Shown here in pieces: positions 32,086 through 40,990 of a stretch of 52,713 bases of DNA. The notes beneath the pieces were generated by a model, which was given only the letters and a program-made list of their open reading frames with translations, did not search any database and was not told the origin of the DNA. Both the position numbers and the translations under genes were made by a program. The stretch comes from a candidate division WWE3 bacterium RIFCSPHIGHO2_02_FULL_38_14. GTDB lineage: Bacteria > Patescibacteriota > WWE3 > UBA101185 > UBA10185. The first letter of the stretch is position 1; each line of letters starts with the position of its first letter. The stretch spans positions 1-52,713 of the forward strand of contig MEVD01000021.1 in NCBI GenBank assembly GCA_001772865.1. Direction: 5' to 3'.

Positions 32086-32182
32086 TTTTACAGCTGTAAT
32101 CATATTTATAAAGATACCTTATAATTGGTATTTTTCCTTGCGTTAATATGATAAAAGTAATAAACTTGCCTAGTTATTCAAA

Positions 32183-33202
32183 ATGGAAGCACAAAAGATT
32201 AATAACACGGCACAAGAAATAATTGAAGCTATAAAAAACAGCAAACGGGTGGTAACTTGTATGGATGCACGTTTTGACTACGATTCGTACTGCGCAATCG
32301 CAGTTATGCGAACAGCACTTAAAAGCTTTGGATTAGAATATGAAGCATATTTTGATGGTATTATTCCAAATGTCGCTAAAGAACTCGTAAAAGAGTATGA
32401 AATTAAAGAAAACTTTAACCCATCATCAGTGGACTTTTCACAGTATGACCTCATGATCTTTCTTGACACAAGCACATCCAACCATATTAATAAAGAGTTC
32501 ACTTTTGTCCTGCCGGAAAACATTAAAAAAATCAATATTGATCATCATTTTTCAAATTCTTACTATGGTAATTTAAATTATGTATATAGCGATGAATCCA
32601 GTACTTGTACTGTCCTTGTTAAGCTATTTAAAGAAGCCGGAATAATAATAAACGGAGAACAAGAATACAACATTTTAATCGCCATGCTTTTAGATACTAA
32701 CTTTTTTCAGCACAACACAACAACACCGCAGGATTTGCGTTTAACAGCCGATATGTGGGATAGGGGATTAAACTATATTGATTTGATTAGAACACTAACA
32801 TTCAATGACACACTAAAAAATATGAAAATGAGGGCAATTGTATTTAATAACTTAAGAGTAGACTATGACAATAAATTTGCCTATTCCTTTATTACTCAGG
32901 GGGAATTATTTAAACATGATTTAAAATGGGAAGATATAACTGCACCACCAGCCGACGAACTGAAAAGATTAAGCGGAGTAAACTTTGTTTTTGTCGTTAC
33001 TGAGCTCAAAACACCGGGTATATATAATTTAAGCATGCGTTCGCACGAATACTCTTACAGTGTGTCGCCTATTGCAGAAAAATTTGGAGGTGGAGGCCAC
33101 AGAATCGCCGCTGGAGCTAATATAAAGGCAAACAATATAGAAGAAGCAATTAACACAGTTATATCTATGGCCAGGCAGGTGGAAAATGAAACAAAAAAAT
33201 AA
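32183..33202 (+). CDS. DHH/DHHA1 phosphoesterase (NrnA-like)
   Basis: DYDS, IDHH, DTNFF, GGGGHRIAAG. Confidence 0.88.
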   Translation: MEAQKINNTAQEIIEAIKNSKRVVTCMDARFDYDSYCAIAVMRTALKSFGLEYEAYFDGIIPNVAKELVKEYEIKENFNPSSVDFSQYDLMIFLDTSTSNHINKEFTFVLPENIKKINIDHHFSNSYYGNLNYVYSDESSTCTVLVKLFKEAGIIINGEQEYNILIAMLLDTNFFQHNTTTPQDLRLTADMWDRGLNYIDLIRTLTFNDTLKNMKMRAIVFNNLRVDYDNKFAYSFITQGELFKHDLKWEDITAPPADELKRLSGVNFVFVVTELKTPGIYNLSMRSHEYSYSVSPIAEKFGGGGHRIAAGANIKANNIEEAINTVISMARQVENETKK

Positions 33203-33276
33203 TTACATTTATAGATGGCAGGTTCGACTTTGACGCCCTTTGCGCCGCCGTTTCTATGCAGCAAGTTGAAAAATAA
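33199..33276 (+). pseudogene. Remnant of a second DHH phosphoesterase N-terminus
   Basis: IITFIDGRFDFDALCAAVSMQQVEK* aligns with VVTCMDARFDYDSYCAIAVMRTALK of the upstream gene; no in-frame start. Confidence 0.65.
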
Positions 33277-33363
33277 GTACCACCATTCCCAAAAATAAAG
33301 TAGTAAAATGTAATTATGAGAAATACCCCTGCCTGGATTATAAATCCTTCTAAAAGTCATCTT

Positions 33364-34071
33364 ATGATTTATGAGTCTAATCTACTAAAAAAGGGAATTG
33401 AGTACATTGCCGGAGTTGATGAAGTGGGTAGGGGAGCATTAGCCGGTCCAATGGTAGTAGCTTCAGTAATTTTAAATCCAATTCATTTAAAATTATTGGC
33501 TGACATATTCGTGGGCAGAGAAATACACACAAATAACGACATTGTGTCTGGAATTCTTGAAAAATACAACCAGATACGCGACTCTAAGCTTTTATTATCA
33601 GCAAAAAGAGAAGAACTAAGCATATTTATTAAAAACAACGCTGTCGCATATTCAATAGAAATAGTTGATAATACAACAATAGATGATATAGGGGTATCAA
33701 AGTGTACTCAAATTGGCTTTTTTAACGCGATTTCAAAATTATCGGTAAAAGCAGAACACATATTAACCGATTTATTTCCCATAAAAGTAATAAAAAAGAT
33801 GATACAGACAAACATAGTTAAAGGCGATAACAAAAGCATTTCCATCGCATCTGCTTCTATCATTGCCAAGGTATTCAGAGATGATTTAATTACAAAAATG
33901 TATGAAAGCAGAGAAGAGTACAAACCTTACTTATTTAATAAGAATAAGGCGTACGGAACACAAGAACACTTAAAGGCACTTTATAAATTCGGACCTTGCG
34001 ATATTCACAGAAAAAGTTTTGAACCGGTAAAATCTATGGTAGGAATTAAGCGGGATAAAAAATCAATGTGA
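33364..34071 (+). CDS. rnhB: Ribonuclease HII
   Basis: AGVDEVGRGALAGP, RDSK, KGD..S.SIASASIIAKVFRD, HRKSF; start uncertain (33316 or 33364). Confidence 0.95.
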   Translation: MIYESNLLKKGIEYIAGVDEVGRGALAGPMVVASVILNPIHLKLLADIFVGREIHTNNDIVSGILEKYNQIRDSKLLLSAKREELSIFIKNNAVAYSIEIVDNTTIDDIGVSKCTQIGFFNAISKLSVKAEHILTDLFPIKVIKKMIQTNIVKGDNKSISIASASIIAKVFRDDLITKMYESREEYKPYLFNKNKAYGTQEHLKALYKFGPCDIHRKSFEPVKSMVGIKRDKKSM

Positions 34072-35526
34072 TCTTGCAAAATTGACATCGTGAAAGCTGC
34101 TTTCCTTAACTCCTGTAGGTGTAACCATTATAAATCGGGCATTTTTATGCAGATCCTGAATGGTATGGGCTCCGCAATAGCTAAAACCTGAAGTTATACC
34201 ACCAAGCGTTCTATAAATCATTTTGTCTACAAAACCTTTGTAGGGGACTAATGCTTCTGCACCTTCAACGTAATTTAATTGATGTTTGGCTAATTTACTA
34301 AAATCTCCATTCTTATTTCTGTTTTTTGCAGTCTCCGATGTAGACGAGCCGTGGTAAACTTTGTAAGTTTTACTCTCTATAACAATTTTTTGTCCTGGTG
34401 CCTCTTCTGTTCCGGCAAACATATTTCCGGACATTACCACATCGGCGCCTGCTGCCAAAGCTTTAACTATATCACCGGGGGTTTTTGCTCCGCCGTCTGC
34501 GACAACAGGAATTCCAACTTTTGAACATTCCACTGAAACTTCATGCACTGCGGAAAGTTGGGGAACCCCGACACCGGACATAGTTCTGGTTGTACATACC
34601 GAACCAGGACCGATTCCTACCTTAACCGAATCAACTCCGGCTTTTATCATATCTTTAGCAGCTGCAGCGGTAGCAATATTCCCGCCCATCAACTGAACAT
34701 TAGGAAACTTCTTCTTTAAAACTTTAATCGCGTCAATAGTATGATCCGCATGACCATGGGCTACATCCACCAAAAGTAGATCAACTTCAGCTTTAACCAG
34801 TTCTGAAGCCCTTTCCATATAATCGCCGACAACACCTACAGAAGCTCCTACCATCAGCCTGCCTTCTTTATCTCTTAGAGCATTCGGCTTGGACTCAAAA
34901 TAAATAATATCTTTCGCAGTATACAAACCTGCCAAAGTTCCGTCCTTATAAACCAAAGGAAGCTTTTCCAGTCTTTTTTCGCTCAGTATTTTTTTTGCCT
35001 GCTCCAAAGTCGTGTTATATGTTGCTGTAATCAACCTTTCCACAGGTGTCATCATTTTGCTTACTTTTGTACTCAGGTTCTTTTCAAACTGATAATCTCT
35101 GCTGGTCAATATTCCTAATAGTTTATTTTTCTCGTCTACAACAAGAAAAGATCTTGTATCGTACCTGTCAATTTGAAATAGCACATCTGCGAGTGTATGG
35201 TTTGGAAACAAGGTGACGGGATGATACAAAACTAAATCTTCTACTCGTTTTACTTTTTTAACTTCTTCCACTTCACGCTCTATGCTGTGGAAACGGTGGA
35301 TTATCCCAAGACTGCCCTCATGTGCAACCGCAATTGCCATGGAACTCTCGGTTACGGTATCCATATTGGCCGGTATAAACGGGATTTTTAATTTTATTTT
35401 TTTAGTGAGATTTGTTTTTACATCAACATCCGACCTCGATTTAACAGGGGAGCGGACCGGAACAAGCAATACATCGTCAAAAGTTACGCCCAAAGGCAGG
35501 GTTTTGAATATGGTCCTTTCGTTCAT
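34063..35526 (-). CDS. guaB: IMP dehydrogenase/GMP reductase family with CBS domains
   Basis: TFDDVLLVP, ANMDTVTE, VDVAHGH, GIGPGSVCTTR, ADGG; flap atypical for IMPDH. Confidence 0.85.
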   Translation of the reverse strand: MNERTIFKTLPLGVTFDDVLLVPVRSPVKSRSDVDVKTNLTKKIKLKIPFIPANMDTVTESSMAIAVAHEGSLGIIHRFHSIEREVEEVKKVKRVEDLVLYHPVTLFPNHTLADVLFQIDRYDTRSFLVVDEKNKLLGILTSRDYQFEKNLSTKVSKMMTPVERLITATYNTTLEQAKKILSEKRLEKLPLVYKDGTLAGLYTAKDIIYFESKPNALRDKEGRLMVGASVGVVGDYMERASELVKAEVDLLLVDVAHGHADHTIDAIKVLKKKFPNVQLMGGNIATAAAAKDMIKAGVDSVKVGIGPGSVCTTRTMSGVGVPQLSAVHEVSVECSKVGIPVVADGGAKTPGDIVKALAAGADVVMSGNMFAGTEEAPGQKIVIESKTYKVYHGSSTSETAKNRNKNGDFSKLAKHQLNYVEGAEALVPYKGFVDKMIYRTLGGITSGFSYCGAHTIQDLHKNARFIMVTPTGVKESSFHDVNFARSH

Positions 35527-36113
35527 AAAATAACTTGTGTATAACCCTCAACAATTTTATATTTTAAAAGTGATAAAGGTTTAACACCTATAAAATTTTC
35601 TATTTTTTGGAAACCGTCATAATTAATATTTTCAGCGGCACTGACAATGGTTTTTATTTCCGCACCGGCTTTAATTACCGCATGGGCTAAAGCAATAGTA
35701 CTTCCTCCGGTAGAGATTAGATCATAAATAATTCCAACCTTTGAATCATTATTTATATCATTAATACATATAAATCCTGGGCCGGACGCACTGCCCGCAT
35801 TTTCTACCACAAGATGCCCCCGGCTTTCCCGCGGATACCAGTTGGCAAGAGAGAACGGCAAACCAAGTCTTTTAGCTACTGCAAATGTCAGAGGACCGCC
35901 GCCTCGGTCGGCCTGGCTGACCAAAATATTTACTTTTTTGAAGTCAACTTTTTCTACAATTAAATCGGCAATATCCTCAATTAAATCAGGTAAAACCGGG
36001 GGATTGTAGTCGGTAAGGGAAAATAAAACGTACGGGTATTTATCCTTGTCTCCAATAGATTGTAGTCCGTCAAAATATTTGGCTACCTTATTTAATTTAT
36101 TTTCCAGGTTCAT
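35523..36113 (-). CDS. Purine phosphoribosyltransferase (archaeal Hpt/Apt-like)
   Basis: YPY...LTD..PP..P N-terminus, IIYDLISTGGS PRPP-loop variant; coupled to guaB. Confidence 0.75.
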   Translation of the reverse strand: MNLENKLNKVAKYFDGLQSIGDKDKYPYVLFSLTDYNPPVLPDLIEDIADLIVEKVDFKKVNILVSQADRGGGPLTFAVAKRLGLPFSLANWYPRESRGHLVVENAGSASGPGFICINDINNDSKVGIIYDLISTGGSTIALAHAVIKAGAEIKTIVSAAENINYDGFQKIENFIGVKPLSLLKYKIVEGYTQVIL

Positions 36114-36120
36114 GCAATAG

Positions 36121-36153
36121 AAACAAAAAAAACTTCCTATTGGAGGAAGTCCC
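36121..36153 (-). terminator. Intrinsic terminator between xer and the purine operon
   Basis: Minus strand GGGACTTCCT-CCAAT-AGGAAGTTTTTTTTGTTT. Confidence 0.6.
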
Positions 36154-36190
36154 TTGAGTAATATTTACATTAATAGGTTATATTGTCAAA

Positions 36191-37177
36191 TTATTGCTGA
36201 TCCGGTAAGGGCGTTTCCACATCTTTATGAAATTTTTTATGTACTTCCTTTAGCTGTCTATTTGTGACATGTGTATAAATTTGGGTAGTTGACACGTTAG
36301 AATGCCCAAGAAGTTCTTGTACTGACCTTAAATCTGCTCCTTCTTTAAGCAGCCCTGTAGCAAAAGTGTGTCGAAGTGTGTGGGGAGTGGCATCAATTGC
36401 AATACCCGCCCTGGTGGCATATTTTTTCACCAGCCTCTGGACACTTCTAACAGTTAAACGTAAAGATTCACCTTCAAAGTCATCCGGTATCATTCTTTTT
36501 CCGCTGTAGCGCAGGAAAAGGGGACTAAAAGAATCATGTCTTGTCGCTAAATATCTTTTCAACCATTCTCTGGCAGAAGGGCTTAAATAAACTATACGAA
36601 CTTTCCTGCCTTTTCCTAACACACTGAATTCTCCGGTATTTAAATTAATATCGCCGATATCAAGCATTACAAGTTCGCTTACCCGCAAACCCGTGCTAAA
36701 CAGCGTTTCTAATATTGCGCGGTCCCGCATTCCCGACCTTTTATTTAAATCCTGAACTTCAAAAAGCTTCTTCAGTTGATCGTCATTTAAAACTTTAGGT
36801 ATGCGTTCTTCAGCTTTTCCAAGAATAATCTGGTCGGGAGACATAAGCTCTAAGTCTTCTTCCACAACCAGAAACTTTAAAAATGACCTTAAAGCCACCA
36901 AAAAAGTCTTCTGAGTGGATCTTTTAAATTCCTGGTTTGATTTATAACTTATTCGTCTGTTCAATTCCAGCCGGTACTTTTTAATTAAATCGTAATCTAT
37001 TGCAGACAGTAAAATTTCTTCCTTTTTTAAAAATGATTTTGTCCAGTCAAGAAAATCCATAAGATAAAAATGGTACATTTTAATAGTGTTTTGAGAAAGA
37101 TTTCTTTCAATTTCACAATATTCCAAATATTTAAGTATTGCTTCTTCTAAATTTGAATTCAAAGTAAGTTTATTCAT
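36191..37177 (-). CDS. Tyrosine recombinase XerC/XerD family
   Basis: RDRAILETLFSTGLRVSEL, GKGRKVR, TPHTLRHTFAT, VQELLGH, TTQIYTHV. Confidence 0.93.
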   Translation of the reverse strand: MNKLTLNSNLEEAILKYLEYCEIERNLSQNTIKMYHFYLMDFLDWTKSFLKKEEILLSAIDYDLIKKYRLELNRRISYKSNQEFKRSTQKTFLVALRSFLKFLVVEEDLELMSPDQIILGKAEERIPKVLNDDQLKKLFEVQDLNKRSGMRDRAILETLFSTGLRVSELVMLDIGDINLNTGEFSVLGKGRKVRIVYLSPSAREWLKRYLATRHDSFSPLFLRYSGKRMIPDDFEGESLRLTVRSVQRLVKKYATRAGIAIDATPHTLRHTFATGLLKEGADLRSVQELLGHSNVSTTQIYTHVTNRQLKEVHKKFHKDVETPLPDQQ

Positions 37178-37291
37178 CCAAGCACATTCTACATCATGTT
37201 GAGCAAGTTATCCAAAGCGGCTCGGGGTTTATTCTAAAACAGTCTTTACATTCAACCATACAAAATACCTGATTCTAAATAAAAATCGATT

Positions 37292-37546
37292 CTAGGGCAA
37301 TTTAGGGGCATGGCTTCTTTTTTTCTTTTTACTGCGGGGTATTTTAGGACCCAGTTCTTCGATTTCTTTTAAAATGTTATATATTTTAGCCGTAACTACA
37401 AACTCACGCTCCACCCAATAGTCATATGCAAAGTTTTCCCTTAAATCAGTATTATCACGGGCGGCTAAACCTTTCTCCAAAGTTACTTTTTCTCTTTCTT
37501 TTTGCAGTTTTATCAGTTTATTTCTTAATAAATCTATTACAGACAT
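37292..37546 (-). CDS. Stand-alone GreA-like N-terminal coiled-coil protein
   Basis: ARDNTDLRENFAY matches GreA AR..GDLSENAEY; no C-terminal globular domain. Confidence 0.65.
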   Translation of the reverse strand: MSVIDLLRNKLIKLQKEREKVTLEKGLAARDNTDLRENFAYDYWVEREFVVTAKIYNILKEIEELGPKIPRSKKKKRSHAPKLP

Positions 37547-37753
37547 AGGGGATTATTGGCACTATAACACAAAATAACCGAAGATCTAAGCGGAAGTCTA
37601 AAATGAGATATATATGTAAAATAAAAGGGGATTAAAAAAGAAAATAATATTTTTATTATCTTTTATTTTTAATCTATTTAAAATATTTTATTTAAATCTC
37701 AAAATAACAAACGTTATCAATGAAAGGGAAGAAGGCATTTTCGGTCACATGAG

Positions 37754-37781
37754 ACGACGTATAATGTATGTTTAACGACTT
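37754..37781. other. Candidate dif (Xer recombination) site
   Basis: ACGACGTATAA-TGTATG-TTTAACGACTT, 11-6-11 with 7/11 arm symmetry; resembles GGTGCGCATAA-TGTATA-TTATGTTAAAT. Confidence 0.5.
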
Positions 37782-37993
37782 CTTATGAGTACAAATCTTG
37801 TAGAGCCAGAAAATGACATATTTAATCTAAAATAGGGAGCCGGATAATTATAAAACTAAAAAAATAAAATAAAAAACTTTTATTTAAATAAATAATTAAG
37901 TATGAATTACTAATTAATTATAAATATAAAAATTAATTACATGAGCCACCAATCTAATGGAAGAAATATTAAATTATTTATTGCAGGGCTTAC

Positions 37994-38002
37994 TTATCCA
38001 CA
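37994..38002 (+). promoter_or_regulatory. Single consensus DnaA box
   Basis: TTATCCACA in AT-rich intergenic region. Confidence 0.3.
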
Positions 38003-38335
38003 CATATACCCCCCACCCCACTAAATGTATGACAATCTTCCTGAAAATTAACATATGATAATGTTACATTATCCCCTTGTGACAATAATATAACGGCTTA
38101 TTATACCTAGTGTTTATAATTTTATTTTCAAAATAAATCAACATCGGTTGGTATATTATAACGTACATTGTAATAATAAACCCTATAGCTCAAACATACC
38201 AGTCCTATGCCATTATCACCTATAACCCTATAGTGCGAATCCCCGCTTTACAATCCTAAAACTAATTGTATTTAGGATTTCTTCATCCCCCGTTCCCCTA
38301 CGTTACTAACAAGAAAAATTCTCAAATAGACTTAT

Positions 38336-39136
38336 TTAAGGTTTATATATTAATATTATTAAAAAGAAAATAACTGAAAGTATAAAGTATTCTGCTATTA
38401 GTTTAAAAGTTAGGGTGTTTTTTAAGTGCCCCTGTAGGTAATTTACTCCGAAAATAAGAAAAGTAGACACAAATAATGCCCTTAAAAATGACTCCGTAGG
38501 TATAAATGAGACCGTTATACTGTATATAAAGCCCAAAAATGTCATAAATATAATCAACATCCACTTCTCCCCTATACGCAACTGCTTCACTTCCCTATCC
38601 AACTGAAGAGCCCAAAGGTGGTGCGAAAATAAAAAGAAAATAGAAAGAGTAACAACCAATCCTTGAATAAAAGCATTGAGAGGCATTTTAAATACTCCCG
38701 CCAAATAAGGTATTGCTACTACAACCAGAAGGATCTGGTTCCACGTAACCGCCGCCCTGTATAAGGGAATAATTTCCTTTTTCTCCTCCACAACCATAAA
38801 TACATTATTAATAAGAAGCACAACGTAGAATACAAACGAAAATACCAGCGCCGCCGTTATTTTCAAAAGATCCCCTAAATTCGGAAAATAAATTATAGAC
38901 AACATCATCCCTACCATTAGATGCATTGGAATTAAAAGGTTGTAATAAACATTTCTGATCTCAATATTGGGATATTGTGAAATTAAGGTTCCTACCGAAA
39001 CTACCACTAAAGAGATCATAAAAATACTAATTTTGTTATCGTCCGAAGAAAAAGAAAACCAAAAAAATACAGCTCCCACCAGTAAAGAGTGAATAAGATA
39101 TTTGTGTTTTTTTTCTAATTTAAAAGGCAAAGTCAT
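38336..39136 (-). CDS. Polytopic membrane protein, function unknown
   Basis: ~9 hydrophobic segments; overlaps ruvC stop. Confidence 0.75.
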   Translation of the reverse strand: MTLPFKLEKKHKYLIHSLLVGAVFFWFSFSSDDNKISIFMISLVVVSVGTLISQYPNIEIRNVYYNLLIPMHLMVGMMLSIIYFPNLGDLLKITAALVFSFVFYVVLLINNVFMVVEEKKEIIPLYRAAVTWNQILLVVVAIPYLAGVFKMPLNAFIQGLVVTLSIFFLFSHHLWALQLDREVKQLRIGEKWMLIIFMTFLGFIYSITVSFIPTESFLRALFVSTFLIFGVNYLQGHLKNTLTFKLIAEYFILSVIFFLIILIYKP

Positions 39137-39606
39137 TTAAATTTTAAGATATGGCATAATGAAATTGCTACGGCGTCATTCGCATCGTCGGATTTAATTA
39201 TTTCCTTAAGCTTTAAATATTTTCTTACAGCCTCCTGAACTTCTTTTTTATCTGATCTTCCGTACCCAGTTAAAACAAATTTAGCCTCCAAAGCTGTATA
39301 CTCAAATACACGCATTTTTCTGTTAGCGGCGATTAATAAAGACACACCTCTCGCCTGCCCCACGTTTATAGCTGTTTTCGCGTTAGTGTTAAAAAACAGC
39401 TTTTCTATTACCATAATGCTAGGTGAATGCTTTTTAGCTATAGAATCGAGCTCACTAAATAACATTTTCAGTCTTTTGTGCATTTCAGTTTCGGGAGGGG
39501 TTTGGATAACTGCGTGATCTATCAAGTTTGGACTCTTATTTTCATTTAAATCTATTATTGAATACCCTGTTCTCGCCGTTCCCGGATCTATACCTAAAAT
39601 AATCAT
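39133..39606 (-). CDS. ruvC: Holliday junction resolvase RuvC
   Basis: ILGIDPG, IEKLFF, GQARG, GYGRSDK, DDANDAVA. Confidence 0.96.
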   Translation of the reverse strand: MIILGIDPGTARTGYSIIDLNENKSPNLIDHAVIQTPPETEMHKRLKMLFSELDSIAKKHSPSIMVIEKLFFNTNAKTAINVGQARGVSLLIAANRKMRVFEYTALEAKFVLTGYGRSDKKEVQEAVRKYLKLKEIIKSDDANDAVAISLCHILKFK

Positions 39607-39623
39607 AATTCATTTTAACATGG

Positions 39624-40169
39624 CTAATTATTAACCGGTTTAAAGTTATAAAATACCTCTTGTACATCATCGCTCTCGTTGAATTCCGAAATCATCTGCT
39701 CCAGTTTATCTTTAGCTGCCGGATTTAAAATTTCAATATAAAAGCTCGGATTCTTGGGATCAGGAGAAAATATGTAAGAAGTTGAACCGACCCCGCCCAA
39801 TGACCCTCCGTACCTAGTAAATATATTTCTCATTTCGCTCGCTGTCCTGTTCCTGTTATCCGTAAGCACTTTAACCATAAAGGCCACTCCTTCCGGACCG
39901 AATCCTTCATAAGTAATTTCCTCATAACTTCCCGATTCCAGCTTCCCCAGTCCTTTGTCTATGGCTTTCTGAATATTTTCTTTGGGCATCCTGGCTTCTC
40001 TGGCTTTCTCTATTGCCAGACGTAATGAAGGATTGGAATCCGGATCTCCACCGCCCTGTTTAGCCGCAACCGATAATAATCTGCTGACTTTGGTAAAAGC
40101 AGCGCTTTTTTTAGCATCTTCTGACGCTTTATCTCTTTTTGTAGTCGCCCAATGGGAATGTCCGCTCAT
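39624..40169 (-). CDS. yebC: YebC/PmpR family protein (short form)
   Basis: MSGHSHW, GGGDPDSNPSLR, YEGFGP, TDNRNRT, DDVQEVFYN; start moved to 40169. Confidence 0.93.
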   Translation of the reverse strand: MSGHSHWATTKRDKASEDAKKSAAFTKVSRLLSVAAKQGGGDPDSNPSLRLAIEKAREARMPKENIQKAIDKGLGKLESGSYEEITYEGFGPEGVAFMVKVLTDNRNRTASEMRNIFTRYGGSLGGVGSTSYIFSPDPKNPSFYIEILNPAAKDKLEQMISEFNESDDVQEVFYNFKPVNN

Positions 40170-40298
40170 ACGCTGACTATCATAACAGTTTGATTGTCGG
40201 GGTTCAACATGACCGTTTTTTGTTCCTTTAACCACGTCATTTTGCCGAAAATAATTATAAATATTGACATTCACTCTAAAACTGATATCCTCACCATC

Positions 40299-40982
40299 AT
40301 GCAAAATGGTTTGCCCTTCTTAACAAAGAAGGCTATAGACGCCGCCCTGAACTCAAAGTGGAAAGAAGCTGTAAGCTTAAATCTTCAAATTTTAACTAGA
40401 GACCCCTCAAGTACAGACGCAAAAATACGCTTGGGAAGAGCGTACATTCAAACAGGCGAATTTAACAAGGCCAAGAGAATATTTAAAGAAGTATTAGAAA
40501 GCGATCCCATAAATCCTGTGGCTTTAAAGAACTATTCATTGGCTTCACAAAAAAAAAGCGAAAAAAACCACATTACTTTGGCAGATCCTAAATCTCTTTT
40601 AAAAGAACCCGGCACAACAGCAGAAACAACCGTAGAAATTACAGCCAAAAGAATTACCGCCTCTGATTTTTCACCCGGCGAACCTCTCCTTCTAAAAATC
40701 GACAAAAAAACAATAAGTATAATAAAAACGAAGAGAGAGGAAAAAATAGCAATCGGTACCTTGAATAAAGATTTTGTAATTAAATTAAACGGGGCAAAGC
40801 AAAAAGGTGCTGAAGCAAACGCAAATTTTGTCAACGGCACGGGCAAAAACATAAAAATACTTATAAAGTGCAGCCTCCCTATTTTTAAAGCAGAAAGACA
40901 AGATGTCAGGCCATATATTAAAAAAGGATCTATAGATGAACCTGAATTGGAAATGGCCGAAACCACAGAAGAAATTGTTTAA
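40299..40982 (+). CDS. TPR-repeat protein
   Basis: W.EA...N...L..DP...DA..RLGRAY...G....A TPR pattern; TTGACA-N16-TATCCT 7 nt before ATG 40299. Confidence 0.8.
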   Translation: MQNGLPFLTKKAIDAALNSKWKEAVSLNLQILTRDPSSTDAKIRLGRAYIQTGEFNKAKRIFKEVLESDPINPVALKNYSLASQKKSEKNHITLADPKSLLKEPGTTAETTVEITAKRITASDFSPGEPLLLKIDKKTISIIKTKREEKIAIGTLNKDFVIKLNGAKQKGAEANANFVNGTGKNIKILIKCSLPIFKAERQDVRPYIKKGSIDEPELEMAETTEEIV

Positions 40983-40990
40983 TAATTGAC

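Noticed and set aside
33214-33250. GGTTCGACT resembling a tRNA T-arm or integration-site remnant
   Set aside because: No cloverleaf or acceptor stem; explained by coding for GRFDFD of a DHH gene remnant
36191-37177. Tyrosine recombinase as prophage or integron integrase
   Set aside because: XerC/D-like sequence without the IntI insertion; no phage genes, att repeats or attC array seen
37758-37770. 13-nt identity to loxP (CGTATAATGTATG)
   Set aside because: Flanks do not form the loxP 13-bp arms; a dif-like site is the simpler explanation
37560-38335. Confident oriC call
   Set aside because: Only one perfect DnaA box, and no dnaA/dnaN in the window
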